Below, piece by piece: positions 50,080 through 63,532 of a stretch of DNA of 64,000 nt. This DNA comes from Vicugna vicugna (taxonomy: Eukaryota), in contig MU058059.1 of assembly GCA_013265495.1 (NCBI GenBank), positions 930,001 through 994,000 on the forward strand, read 5' to 3'. Numbering within the stretch: the first letter of the stretch is position 1; the number at the start of each line of letters is the position of its first letter. The notes under the pieces were generated by a model. That model saw nothing but the letters and a program-made list of their open reading frames with translations. It did not search any database and was not told the origin of the DNA. Both the position numbers and the translations under genes were made by a program.

Positions 50080-53000
50080 TGAGTGTGGGCAGGGGGTCCT
50101 GTGAAGTGACTACAAATTCTCATGATAAAATCATGGCAGAGTTGAGCCTTCTTGATTTTGATGGCGAAATAATGAAGACGTTAAAATAAGCTACATGGGA
50201 AAACACCAAGGCATAGAGATTTCATGAAAATAAAACGTCTTTTTGATGCCTTATTCAATGCAAAAAAAAAAAAAAAGCTATGCCTGTTACTGCCTCCCGC
50301 TTTCTGCTCTCATTCCCCTACAACTGCACGTGCCGGGGTCGGGGGCTGGGGAGGCAACCCTGCTGCTTCAGCTCAGAGGTTTGTGTCTCTTCCCTCCAGG
50401 AGCTTAGAGCAGGAAGGGGCACTGGAAGCAAGTTGGGGGGAGGGAGGTCCTGAGACTGTATTCAAGAGCGAGTGGTTTCCACAGACGGGCCCGCGTTTTT
50501 TGCTGGAATCCTAATGGCAGCGCATGCAGCACCACAAGGTGGACTGCACTCATTTAAAACATCCCTTTTCCGCTTATTTAAAATCTGACTTCCTGTACCT
50601 TCTACCTTAGTTTTACTTCCTATGCATTAAAAACATGTTACAATGTTCAATGACAACCTTTCCAAGTAACTGGAAGTAGCTATCCTGTCTCCTCCAAATC
50701 TTATTTTTTCCATATTCAACACATTCTGTTTCTAGAATGGCTCCTCATGGGAAGGTTTCAAACCCCTCACCGCCCTGTAATTCTCTGCTGAATAAGCCCT
50801 AGTCAGTTACCGGTCACTGCCCTGATCCGTTATCAAACAGCGACCATTTATCAAGAATACGCTACATCCCAGAGTGTTCAGAATATCTGCTTTAATCTTC
50901 TCAGAAATGCCTTTCTGAGGCAGTATTTCACCTCATTTTTCTGGTGAGGTCACTCAGGTGCAGAAGGTTTAAGAAGTTCCCCCGAAATCGCACGGGTGAT
51001 ATGCAGACAGGTCCATCTTCACTCCCAGGGCTGGTGGCTCTGGAGCACCCACCACGTCTGCATTACACCAGAAACCCAAATGGGAACGTCTCCAGCTGGG
51101 ACAGGGTGACCGGCCACCTTCCACTTCTAACCCGACACTGCACTTCCCCGAGAGCAGCCTGAGGTGGCCCTGCTGGTTCACGTGGGTGGGGAATCAACTT
51201 AAACTCAAAGAGGAGATTCACCTGAACTGTCACCAAGTCTCATGCCCCTTCCTCCAAACCCACGTCTATTTTGCACATGATCCTTACAAACAGAGTGAAG
51301 TTTTACCTCCCCTTCTGCTAAATGTTATCCTGCTACTTGGCTTCAGAGTCCCACATCATCCACTTTGCAAGAAATCTGGATTCTGACACATGGGCTGTTA
51401 TTCACTTTTAAAGCCCTTATCGCTTGAAAAAATAATGTTGAGCTGTTTTGTGTGTGTGCACGCACGTGTGCGCGTGTGTGTGTGTTGTGCCTTCATCCAA
51501 GACTTGGATAACAACTCAGTTTAGAGGAGAGCAAAGGCTGAAGGGCATCTTCCTGGGACAGTGGTTTTCAGCCTCTTTTTACCAATTAGACCCCAGGTAC
51601 CCTGCTGGCAAAGCTTGACTTTCCATAGGTTTGTATCTAAAAACAAGAGGCATTCTGAATTTGCTTTTTCAATTGGTGTCTCACTGCCACCTTGCAAACC
51701 ACGTCACTGATTCCCAACCCATTTTCCTTATTCAGCCAGGCAGCGACAGACAAACCCATTTCCCTTTTCCACGTCTGCGTCTCTCCATCTTCTACCAAAA
51801 GGATGCCGTAGGGACCACGCTTTTTTCTACCACCAATGTCTGCTGTGGAACTGAAAATATTCTGCCGGCAAGGATTTGTGTATCCCGGGAAAAAGTTACT
51901 CTTAAGAATCTGTCAAATTCATAAAAGTGCTTTATTATAAAAGGAAACAGCGGACCAACATTGCTGTGCCACTCAAAATATTCACAGTGACATCAAAAGT
52001 AACGCTGAACTGTACCAACAGTTAATTACAAAATAAAAATGAGGCACTGAAAAACACAGATCAGCTAGAATGAATGCGAGGTACGGGATATAAATGAAGT
52101 TTATTAGCAAAATGATCAGCATGAAATGTACTCCGTCAGCCCTGAGGCATTCATTCTCCCTGCAAGAAATACTGTCAACCTTAAACTCTGGCAGCCGTGA
52201 CTCCAGGACTGCCAGGTAGCCCTCCTTATGCCATTACATAAATACAACTGGTAGCAAGACTTGCCTCAAAGGTAAGGAGAAAAGCTGCTCTTGACTTAGA
52301 TCAATTTTTCCAGAAGGCAGATGCACAATGGAAAAGCACACCCTCGCCTGAGGGTACGGCAGTGCTGTGAGCATCACAGTAAAACTCAGGGAGGGGTGCG
52401 TTATTGGATGTCCCCATTTCCAGAGTAAACATCTCAGTCAGTAATTGAACACTCTGGGCTAAGAAATTAGCCAAAAATCAGACAGAAAAATGCAAGAAAT
52501 GGATCTGTGCATGGCAAGCCTTAGGTGCGGCCCTTGAAACACGTGTTAAACTCCCTGCAGCAACTCATCAGTACTTCTCAGGTCACTGGATGACAAACAG
52601 TCTAAATTAATATATGATGGAATAAATCACTTCTGATGGAAGAGCTTATTTCCAAAAAAAATGTTTTCTATGTCCCTGCAATCTGTAATAATTTAGGAGC
52701 CCAACCCATCCCCACCCTAAATGACATTATCAACTGGAAACGGATTTGAATCTTCTGTTCCAAGAAAAGCCACCGGTGCGTGAGTACATTATGCAAAAGT
52801 GTAAGGGATGATGTGGGGGGCAGGGCGAGCAGAGATGGATGAACGTGGAACGCGGGGAATTGGGGGGCGTGGTGCTGGCTGTGCCTAGGGAGAACGGAAA
52901 TGCATGACCACACGCGGACATAAACGGGCTGCTGAGCGTGCACACCAGGCAGAAGAGGGGACCCTGCAGGGGGCAGGGCTGGTGCAGAGGGAAGTGAGGT

Positions 53001-53844
53001 GCCCCACAGGACAAAGGGCAGGGGCTGGAGGCGGAAAACAGCTCTTTGGATGAAAAAGTTAAATCTGCAATGGAATCACCTTGCTAAAAGAGCCAGCTGC
53101 CCCTTCCCAGCCGTGAGGAGATGCTGTGGGCGGGGCACAGGCAGACCTGCTCCTGGCTCGTGTCCCCACCCAGCCTGTCTCCTCAGACACTCAACAGCCA
53201 TCGAAGTCTGAGTCGCTCTCCTCTGTTAACTTGGTCTTGCTAAACATCTCTGACAAGTCATTCAACTGCCCCTTTTCGCAGAGGGTTTCTTCCTTTCTTT
53301 ACAAAAGGAGCAGAGAGTGACATGCTCTCGGACACTCAAGCTGCAATGCCCACCACGATAAGCATTTTAATAATGACTCATCCTCCAAGCAAGACAAGGA
53401 CGTTCCCAGTTCAAATTATCCTTCAGCTCCTACGTACAGAAATCTACAAGTTTCTACCAGTTAACAATCCACTTGGCCATGAATTATGCAAGTAGAAAAG
53501 GTAAAATTCATTTCGATGACAGCTCCCAGACAGGATAGTAAAGAAAACTTGATTCTTTAAGGCCTCCAAATATTTTTTCCTACCATGGAAAGTACTAGAG
53601 ATTTCTTCTTTTTCTTTTTTAAAGACGATCACATTTTCCTCTTGACTGTAACATTTTGGGGACATTATAAGTATTTTCAGTTATTTAATCCCCTGTTAGA
53701 GACTCTGGAAATAATTTTGTATTTAGAAACTGGGCCTGAGTAATTTTCCAGAGTTCTGGAAAAACAGAGGCAACCCGTACGCGTTATGCCACATTCCCTA
53801 GCTCTCAGTATCGGGAGCAGAAAAGTCTTGGAGCAGACACTCAC

Positions 53845-54042
53845 CTCTACATCGCAGGTATACTCTGAGCCGTCCAGAAGGATCGCTTTGCACTGCATGC
53901 TCTTAGGCTTCTTGACAATCTTCAATGGGGATCGAGACAGTTTACTGCTATATGATTTCTGAGAAAGTTTATCGTCTTCTAATTGCTGATATTCGAGCTG
54001 TCTGGCAGCTCCAGCAGCAAACTCCCGTTCCTTGTCAGTGAC
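53845..54042 (-). CDS. EPB41L3: EPB41L3 exon 3 (198 nt) VTDKERE...KPKSMQCKAILLDGSEYTCDVE; start of FERM domain
   Basis: cacag| acceptor, GAG|gtgagt donor, phase 0-0, recognisable 4.1B sequence. Confidence 0.97.
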
Positions 54043-55115
54043 CTGTGAAGAGCGAACAATGAACAGCTTTCACTGCAAGGCGGGAAATAAATCCTGCGTC
54101 GGCCAGGCAGTAATGCAGCACCCTAGAAACAGGCTTCCCCATTTCCTAAAGGACGAGAGATGCCTGGATTAGGATGTTAGAAGTGGATATACCTGTTCAA
54201 ACACTCAACAATGCTAACACTTACATCCAAGTAACGTCTGCCCTTTAAAATGTCCTCATAGGGCCTATCTCAGTTTGACTCGAGGATTTACATTAGAAAC
54301 CCTGTGTTATTAGCAGATGCCAACACCATTCCACCCAGCCAAGGAGGATGCAAATGGGCTTCCGACTTCTTAAAAACGCACTGGGTAGTAGAAACCTTAA
54401 AAATAAATCAGTCATCTAAGATTTAATCTAATGCATTCTGCTTTCTTCATTCACTGGGTCCTTCTATATTCCATGACCTATAACTGCCCCATAAATATAC
54501 CAGGTACCTTATAAACTGTAAGGCCCAGAGAGCTTCAAGTATTAATCTTCTCAGTAATTTTACAACTGTTAAAATATTTGATTTAGCTCTAAATCAATTC
54601 AATGAAGCCAGCAGCACTGAAATTCATTACAGGGTAATCCCTTAAGTCTGCTTCCCCCTTCACTGTAATGAGCCAGTATAAGAACAGCTCAGATCTGTCC
54701 AAAAGCTTTAATCTGCTTTGAAATCACAACAGTCCAGCCCGAGCTAGACTCAGACTGCAGAGGACGTCCTATGTAACCAAAAAAATATGACCTTAAATCG
54801 GTCACATCCAATGACTCCTTCCCTGCTCCCCCACCCACCATCTACTGAATGACCACCAATGCAAATTCAACCCACGGGCCAGACCACCGCTTCCACTGGT
54901 CTGCAAACACACTCTGAAAGACCAAAGGAAGATACGTTCTGAGATTCAGCCTGGGCCCCTTCAATAAGCACGAAACTTCCTTGCTCGTGAATGTATCATC
55001 CAGAGGCTAAAGCACCTGGGCTAAAGGGTAAAACCACACTGATGGGTCCAACCTCTCTTTTTTATTAGCCTCTACACTTCTATAACACTAACCACAAAGC
55101 TTTTTTTTTGGTGTG

Positions 55116-55890
55116 CAGTTGACTCTTGAACACCAGGGAAGGGGTGGTTAGGGACACCAACCCTCCACACAGCAGAAAATCTGAGTATGACTTGCAGCCA
55201 GCCGTCCGTATCTGTGGTTCCGCACCTGAGGGTTCAACCAGCCCCAGATCACGCAGTCTTGGTATCGGAAAAGGGGGCGAGAGGATGGCTGTGTCCCGGC
55301 TCTTGGGCAGGTCACTGGGATGCATCCCACCAAGTAAGGGTCCTTGGCTTCACATAGGAAAGAATTCCAGAGCGAGCCACAGATGAGTGAAAGCAAATTT
55401 ATTCAGAGAGACGCATGCTCCATAGACAGAGTGCGCGCAGGCTCTGACGGTGAGGGAGCGAGAGGCCTCGCGACGAGATGGCATTAGTTTTTATGGGCTC
55501 TGTAGCTTCACGTGCTAGTAAGTGGGAGGATTACTGAACCACCTTCGGGAAGGGGCCAAGATTCCCAGGAACAGGGCCACTGCCCACTTTTTGACCTTTT
55601 ATGGGCAACCCTGGAACTGTCATGGCCCCTGTGGGAGTGCCGTTTACCAGGCTAACACATTACAATGAGCATATAATGAAGTTCAAGGTCTATGGGAAGT
55701 CAAGTCTCTGGCCACTGTGGGCCTCAAGGTCTCTGGGAGTTGAATCTCCACCCTCTGGGTGCTAATTGCTGTGTCATTCCTCTCATGGCTTTGCCCTGCC
55801 CTCTTCCCACCTGTCTCAGGATTGTAGCATTTACTATCGAAAAAAATCAGCTTAAGCGAACACCCTTGCAGTTCAGCCCCGTGCTGCTTT
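55116..55890. mobile_element. Tigger2-type MITE split by an LTR (halves 55116-55259 and 55819-55890)
   Basis: The left end cagttgactcttgaacacc...ggttagggacaccaaccc continues after the LTR as tgtagcatttactatcgaaaaaaatc...gcagttcagccccgtg. Confidence 0.7.
55260..55818 (-). mobile_element. ERV (ERV1-like) solo LTR, 559 bp
   Basis: The minus strand begins TGAGACAGG and ends ...GATACCA. TATA-like CATAAAAA at 55495-55488 is followed by AATAAA at 55403-55398. Confidence 0.8.
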
Positions 55891-58319
55891 TATTTTGGAT
55901 TTTAGGAAAAGACTTCTGCTTTTATAGTGGCATCCTCTGTCTCGTTTTTCGTCCAGAGGATTACTAATATCGTCCTTTCCTCCACTAGCCTTGCCCAGGA
56001 ATTCAAGGCAACGTCTTGAGAAGTCTTCAGAGTAAAACGACACCAAATTTGCTCAGAGAAGAAACCAAGAAAAAACTGAATAACCAGCTTAAAGAGCCAA
56101 ACTAGTTAAGAAGGCAAGCCTCAGCTAAAACTAGTATATCAAAGCACCTGCTCTGGCAACTTCGGTCCAACTTTTTTGACTATTAGTCTTTCCATATCAA
56201 AGCATTAAAAAGTAAGTGCGAAATAGATATAAACTCATTAATTTTGGCCTTAAACTCCTCAAGGTAGTTTAAGGAGAAGTTTGGAAAACTTGAAATTTTA
56301 TTTCAATAACCATAACATATCTTTGTTAAGTGCTTTATAATTTACATACAATTTCTGCAGGTTTAATCTGCATCTTCAGCTCACAGGCAACCTCAACAGA
56401 AGGTACATTTTTATTTAAAGGTTGCCTGTCATCAGCTCTTTCTGTGTATCAGAGAATATGGAATTTCATATTTCCTTTACTAAAATAAAAGTATCTACAT
56501 GAGACTAAGCACACGGGGTTATTCATAGGTCAACCCGGAAGCCTCTTAAACCGCCACCACGCAGGGGAGGCCTCCCTTCTGGAACAATTGAGACACAGAT
56601 CCATCATGGAGGCTTATCACGTACATTTTTAAAACAATTTTATCAGCTCTAGAAGAGCAGATGCAGTACTCAAGTAAAAGATGAACCGTAGTCACACAAT
56701 GACGGCAATTTAAAAAAACATCGGTCTCAGCCACGTCAGCCAGTCCTCTGCTTCATTCACCCTCCTAACAGCTCTGGGAAGCAGGCGCATCCTTACCTGC
56801 AAGTGCACATGAGGAGGAAAGGCCCCCTCTGAAGACACTTCCTCCACGTCAGCAAACCAGTGAACAGGAATTCAAATCCAGCCAAAGCCCCAGTGCTAGC
56901 TGTCACTGAACACGAACACACACGTCATTCTACCTCCAACACAACCGGGCGCCTAGTACCAATCGAAGAATTTCAGAGTGGAAGAATCTGAGAAAGTTCT
57001 CTTTTCTGATCTCTTTGCTTTGCAAACGAGGAGGCTGAGGCCCAGAGGCCTTGAAAGAGTTCTGAGACTGGGAGAACTGGGGAAGAGAGACGGGGCTGCG
57101 GTCTGAGGCCAGTCACCTTTCCTCTAGCGCCCAGTGTCACTTCTCCTTAACATGTGACTTGAGAATGTCGCCTGTATTTTATAGAGCATCACTGCGCTTA
57201 TTCACCTGCTGCATCACGTCTGTATGTAGAAATTCTTCCTCCTCTAGGATTATCCCGCACTCTCCTGTTTATTTCATTTCAGAGTTAAGAGGAAAGAGAG
57301 AAACATCCAGTCTCGTCATTTTAAATTTCTGAAGATTTAAAAATAAACAAACAAAACACTACCACCATCACATCTCCACAAAAAGAGAAGATACAGGAAA
57401 GCCGTGATGTTAACGACAGCTGCTCAGATTCTGCCTGGCAAGCTGAAGGGTGCCCCGCAGTTCCCCATCACAAAACGTCGGAGACGAGACAGCATCGATT
57501 TACGAAAATAAATATTAATCCTTACACAGTTCTAAAGCAGAACTAAAATACTACGAGAAAAGAAATAATCAGGCTGCAAACATATAGTTTAACGGTATAT
57601 CAATGTGTTTCGTTTTCCACAGACATGCTGACTTCATGTCTCTTCTTTTAACGTCTTCTAGAATTTCTAGCTCGACACAAACCCTTCCAACCTATAATCG
57701 CAGGGACTCCTGGACTTCCTCACCCTATGTGAGTCACTATTCTACAATAGTTGACTCCACATTTGAAGTTTTAAGCCAGAGAAATTGAAACATGGATCCA
57801 TTCAAGGCTCAGGTATAAGCTATGCTTTATATTTTGTATGAAAACTTTAAAAGGAGTAATCACATTATCTGTGACAACTTACACATGTTTAGGTAACAGA
57901 GCTGAAAATACACGTGTAAGTGGGACAGGGAAAGAGGCTGCCTTAACAGCCTCTACAAGGAGCTGCCAACCTGAGGGTCAGAGTAGCCCCCAGAAAAAAA
58001 TCACAAGAGCTCTAACCCCTTGGCTTGAATAAACAACCCCGACTATAATTTGAGTCACTCAGTTAGGAGGTGTTCAGCCTCCCTGTGAACCCAGATAAAA
58101 CCACTAACCTGCAGTCCAGGTTTCAGGGTGAGTTTAAGTGCTTTAATTAAAGGAAGGAGCTACCAAGCAAGGTTGCGAAATTCACTGAAAGCCTTAAAAT
58201 AGCATAAATTTCCAACTGCCTGGGACCAGAAGGGGCCAAGCAATGACCCCTCGTGGTTCCCTCGAGTGCTAAGAGACCAAGGGCAGAGCACAGCCTGGAA
58301 CAGCTCAGCAAACACTCCC

Positions 58320-58790
58320 GGTGGGTTTTCTGCGGGACCCCGGAGGCGGGGGGCGGGCCGGGCTCACCTCCTTCCTCACGGGTGTGCTGTGCGCCGCCGC
58401 CTCGAACTCGTCCAGCGCCTGCGGCGGCTCCTCGGCGCCCGGCTCGGGGTCCGGCTGCGCCTGCGGCTGCGCCCCGGCCTGCGCCCCCGCGTGCCCCTGC
58501 GGACCCGCCGCCTGCTGGGGCTCGGCCTCCTGCTCCGGCTTGGATTCTGAGTCTGATCCCGATTCGGTCGTCATGGTCGATTGTTCTGCAAGCAGAAAGA
58601 GGGAAGGCCCCATCAGTGGGTGCAGTTACCTCCTCCAGGGCAGGGAGGCGGGATGCTCCACGCGGAAGGCTGACGCGAAGCAGCGCGCGAACGACGCAGC
58701 AAAGCTACCCATCAAAGCCCGTCCCACCGCACACACCAGACTCGTCCAATTCGCCACAAAGGCGGCTGCCCGTGGGCGGCTCAAAATGAA
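58320..58790. promoter_or_regulatory. CpG-rich island over and upstream of the first coding exon
   Basis: Visibly dense CG dinucleotides and high GC; obs/exp ratio not computed. Confidence 0.65.
58368..58574 (-). CDS. EPB41L3: EPB41L3 first coding exon (exon 2; exon starts 58585 with 11 nt of 5'UTR), 69 codons MTTESGSDSESKPEQ...HSTPVRKE
   Basis: The N-terminus matches protein 4.1B. Acceptor tgcag (AG 58587-58586), ATG in gaccATGa at 58574, donor GAG|gtgagc, phase 0. Confidence 0.97.
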
Positions 58791-60274
58791 CACTGAACTA
58801 GAAGTCACAGTTGATTTGGAATGATCACAGGTTTTATTCCTACTAGATTTTTGCCACAGATGACCGTGAAATAACATTACCGGCATAGTAATTACCTAAC
58901 TTAGATAAGTTTAATGTCAGAGAAACGGATTTGCTGAAGATCTACCTTAATCTCTGGGAAGGATGATCTAATAATGGAAGCAGACACTCTCTCCTTCCCT
59001 TTACCCTTCCTCCGTATACACGGGGGTCCTTGCTCTGTCCCTCCAAACCCCAGAACCCAACCATTCCTCCATGAATAAACTCTTCCATGGGAAATAATCT
59101 TGGGTGATAGAAAAATAATCACTAACCTTCAGCCCCAAGTTAATGGCTAGTTTTAAGCTTACTTGCAATTAAAAATCACAGGCTGCTTCAGGAAGACGAA
59201 AGGGAAGTTGGGGATGAATGAAAGTTCAGGAGAGAAGCACAGGGTGGGGCAGGAGGGCACGAATCAGCCTCAACTCTGCCTCCGGCTCTGTGACCTCAAC
59301 AGAATTTGGCTTTCCTGTCTGTTCTAAGAACCTGAAATTCTAGGATGCTGAGAACCAGAGACACTGCTATATTCACTGCGTGCAACCTAAGGAAATGTTG
59401 TCCTCTGAGATAAGTCAGGACACCCCTGATCTTACAGACCAGAGCAAGAGCGTCCAGCTCCGGGGCGCGGCGACCACTAGCCCCCCGTCGAGAAAGGCAG
59501 CCTCCCCACCACCGCAGTCGGCCGGAGGCTTCATGAACTATGAGTCCATTACAGTTTTATTTAATTCATCGAAGGCATACTTTACCCGGGTCATCTGAAA
59601 AAGCTGAAGGAAACACTCTTACTTTACTTAATACATTTGAAAAACCTAATTTTTTTTCCCAGTAAGCTTTCAACTTTGCTTTTTCAAGTTCAAAAGTGTT
59701 TAGGTCTATGTGTGAACAGAAAAATTAATAAACACAAGTTCGAAAATAGAAAAGGCGGTTATGTAAGTATCCACCTTATCAGCAGGTATCCATCTTTCCA
59801 AATCCAACTGATGCCAAACACCAGGGTATACGATACCAATATGCCTTTGAAATACCAGAATAGTTGATGGTTTGCATAAGCACCCTAAACACATTTCAAT
59901 AGAACGAAGGAAGCAGCTGGGTCCCCATCTAGAGGAAGGGGGACCTGTGTTAGTGAAGGACTTTAACAGAGCAGGAGAGCAGAGTTCCTGAGGGGACAAA
60001 ACCTGCAAGTTAAGTCTACAGGGAGACGGCAGGAGAGCCAACTCAAGTCCTTCTCCAGTGCGTCTGCATCGTGGCCACTCTGTTAACAGTAAGCAAGTTC
60101 CCAGACTCGGATTCCTGAACTCCAGACACGGGGGCAGCGGGCCCTGAAGGCCCAAGAGTCTGCTTGGAAATTTCAAAGCCAAGTGCATTTTCAGCCATGA
60201 CACAGCCACAGACACTAACCAGGTCTCTGTTTTTGGTTGGAAATGTATCGGTTAAGGTTAGAAACACCGGCTAC

Positions 60275-60900
60275 ATCATTTCTTCTTTCATTAATACATT
60301 CCTTCAACAGATGTTTGCTGAATAGCTGCTCCTGCGGACACGTCAGATCAAAACGAATGGGGCTCTGCTCTAGTGGAGGCAACCTTCTAGTTGAAGGAGA
60401 AAAAGAAATGAAAGATGTCAGCCAGAGAGAGAGGTTATTAGATAACCCAATTTAATATAGTTGGGTGGCTGCCGACATGGGATGGTTAGGGAGGGCTCCT
60501 CCACAGAGGGGACATTCCAAAATGGAAAAGAATCTGCCATACACGTGAAGACAGAGGCTGGGATATGCCTTCCAGGAAGACCAGTGCCCAGGCCCTAAGG
60601 ACGAAACGAGCTTGGTGTGGGCAAGGAAGGAAAAGAAGAGGGAGGAAGATGGAGGTAGCCCCAGGAGGTGCAGAAGAGAATGGTCCCTGATGAAGCAGGA
60701 GATGTGAGAGGTGGTCAGATGCTGTGGGTCTTGTCGATAAGCCAATGTATGGAGCTAGGTTTTATTTTAAATGCAATGGAGCACTCTAAGGGGAGGAATG
60801 AGAAGGTCTTCTAGATGCTTGTAGGAGACCACTCTGGTTTGGGAATGAGTGGGAGCTGGGAGAGTGGTTAGCAGCCACGGCAACAGTTCAGGCGAGAGAA
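60275..60900 (-). mobile_element. Degenerate L2 fragment
   Basis: cattaatacattccttcaacagatgtttgctgaatag terminus; ccagtgcccaggccctaagg..gagcttggtgtg; ttttattttaaatgcaatggagcact. Confidence 0.65.
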
Positions 60901-63532
60901 GGTGCTGGGGCAGGGCAGCGGGAGGGGCGGGGGCAGGAGGGCAGGGGCGCCGTCTAGTCCATCCGAAGCCTGATCAGAGCCTTGTGAAGACAGCGGAACT
61001 GCACTAGCTGGTCGGCATAGTCACTTACAAACGTCCCCCCTCGTAGCAACACAGGGATCCCTGCAGGTGAAAAGACTGCAAATCATGTTTTCTCTGCAAG
61101 GCAGGGCGCCCCCGGTAAACCCACGTCAAGCTTCCATCATTCTTCCTCTGGGCGGTGCTGCACCCTACCGCGGGAAGCCTACGGTGAACCCGACGTCACT
61201 GGCTACCATTTCTGAACACGTGCAGGTGAGAAGCAACAGCCTGACTTTATTCATAATGACTATTCTTCTGGGATAAGCGACAGCTCCAGCCTTCCCAGAA
61301 AAGCAAGCAGGTTAACATGAAAAGCTCTGGCCTTCCGGGCACAGCATGTGTTTCCAGACAACACCTGAGAACCCCGCTCGCGGCTACGTGGCATCTGTAG
61401 CTCTGTGCTCCTTTCACACATAATCTGGCAGAGAATTTCGGTCTCCAGGAAACGTTAACGTGATGGTCACTGAGGTGCTGTCATTATCGGGAATTCAAAT
61501 AGGTGTTGGTAAAGTTTCCACAGGGTCCACACAAGAAGCTGGCTGGTGTTTTTTGGGGCATTAATTTAAGTGACTAAGTTGTTCACCCATGAATCTCATC
61601 TTTCCAGGCTGGACTGAGAACCACTTCACGAAGCACAGGGCAGTGTTTTTTCACAGCATCTTTACATTTTTTTCACTTGGGCAAGCATTTTAATGGATCA
61701 CTCATTGCACAGCGGGAACACCTCAGAGAGCTGTTTCTGGGTTAGAAAAGCACCAAACACATCGTTTATTTTCAGGAGTTAACAGGAGTACCTGAATTCA
61801 GTCTCCTGCTAGCTCTGTCTACAGTCATTAGTGTCCCGTCTCATTGGCATAGCGTTCAGAATTGACTGTGACTTCATTTCCGCCAGCCAAAGGCTTTCTG
61901 ACAGCATCCTTGAGGTTTTAAGCAAAAAAACTAAATCAACATGGAAAATTCAGAACACCAATGAAATACAGAAGAAAGCAAAATGTTCAGTCCTTATGTC
62001 AAACTGGATCCTGGAAAGTCTAAGAGAATAAGCCTAACGTAGCCACCATTCCCTCCGCTGTCTGTTCAGCGCGCATCCCTCTCCCGAAGGAGGAAACCGC
62101 TGTCATGCCCTCAACGTGCAGGTCACAATTCCATCGCGGCTCACCTGCGTCTTAACTAACCTCGACACAAATGTTACAGCACACTGCTTTATGCCTTCCT
62201 AAAAAGAAAGTGCAATTTGTAAAACGCACAGGAGCTTCGTGAGTTGGACAGCTGAAGTAATTTCTCCTATACGTTTCGTGCTTTTGTTAATATTTTTTGG
62301 TGAACAGGGTGCGGTGCTGGGAAGTACGGGAAGGTGTTCGCAGGGAACCCGAGATGCCTCATGCAGGCCCCTCCCGCTCTCTCAGACCAGCTGCCCCTGG
62401 GCCCTGTGAAGTGGGTGTGACCCCCACGGGACAGGCGGGGACAGGCGGGTCAGACAGGTCAGTGGATAACTTGCCCAAAGTCATGTAACAAGCACAAGGC
62501 CAGCAACGAAGTCGGAGTTTCTGCCTCTGACAACAGAGCTCTTCCTTTTGCACAATTTCTGCACTTCGGCACAGCAACGAAGCCTACTTGCTTAACCTCC
62601 TATTCCTACTTCAGAACCAGACTGCATTTCAAACTTACTTCTTTATCCGATCATCTATAATTCCCTGATGCTAATATGCTACCTTACCCTTCTCAACGGC
62701 AAGTCAAAGATGAGTCAGTTTGAACTTCTGTAACATTATACTTTGTTTCAAAGACTACTTCCCTACGGAGTACCCACCCTTCAGCACTCACCTCACTTAC
62801 CCTCACCACTACTTTGTCTTTATCCATACACACAGACCAGCACGATGCTAGTTTCTAGTCTGGCGTGAGCCTGTAGGATGCTGTGCCAGGCTGTCAATTT
62901 ACTTCTGGAAAACCAACCAACAAAATGATCACAGTGAATAGTATTGACTCTGCTGGTAGGTTCGCAGCCATTTACAACTTTCCACTGGTGGTGGCTTTAA
63001 GCCTCAAATGGAGCCTAAGTTGTAATCAGCACCAACTTTGGAAGTGTTGTGGGTGGAGGGGCACACACGGACAAGACACCAGCAACAGACATTCCCAGTT
63101 TTAACCGTCTGGTTCCACTGTTTGAACCTGTCAAGAATCCGATGGCTCAAATCAAGAGAGGAAAGAAAAGGTGGCGGGTTTCCTTGGCATTGCTGGCCAA
63201 TCCTCTCTCTGGGTAGAACTGATTAGCAAAAAGATATCTTCGGCAACTTCACGCAAGAACATATTTCTCTATTACCCAACATCTGACTCCGCATCTGTGA
63301 GAAATGAGGTGTGAACCACAGAGAGTGAATAAATTAAACCAGTCAGGCTCTGTGCAGTCAATGACCACCCCCCCCCCCTTGTGAGAGTGGTCCTGCTCCT
63401 CCTGAACCAGGTCTGTCTCCCACAGAACCTTGTCTCCGAAATAGGGCAAAAGCCATGGCTAAAACTTCTCCCTTTGTACCTAAGTGAGGGGAAACTTCCC
63501 CTCTGGTATCTGGGCTTCTCTCTCTTTTTAAA

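Noticed and set aside
58253..58824. Plus-strand ORFs of 178, 167 and 94 aa
   Set aside because: These are antisense shadows of the GC-rich exon 2, with no recognisable protein.
59706..60215. 169-aa minus-strand ORF in intron 1
   Set aside because: Non-ATG start, no recognisable homology and no evident exon boundaries.
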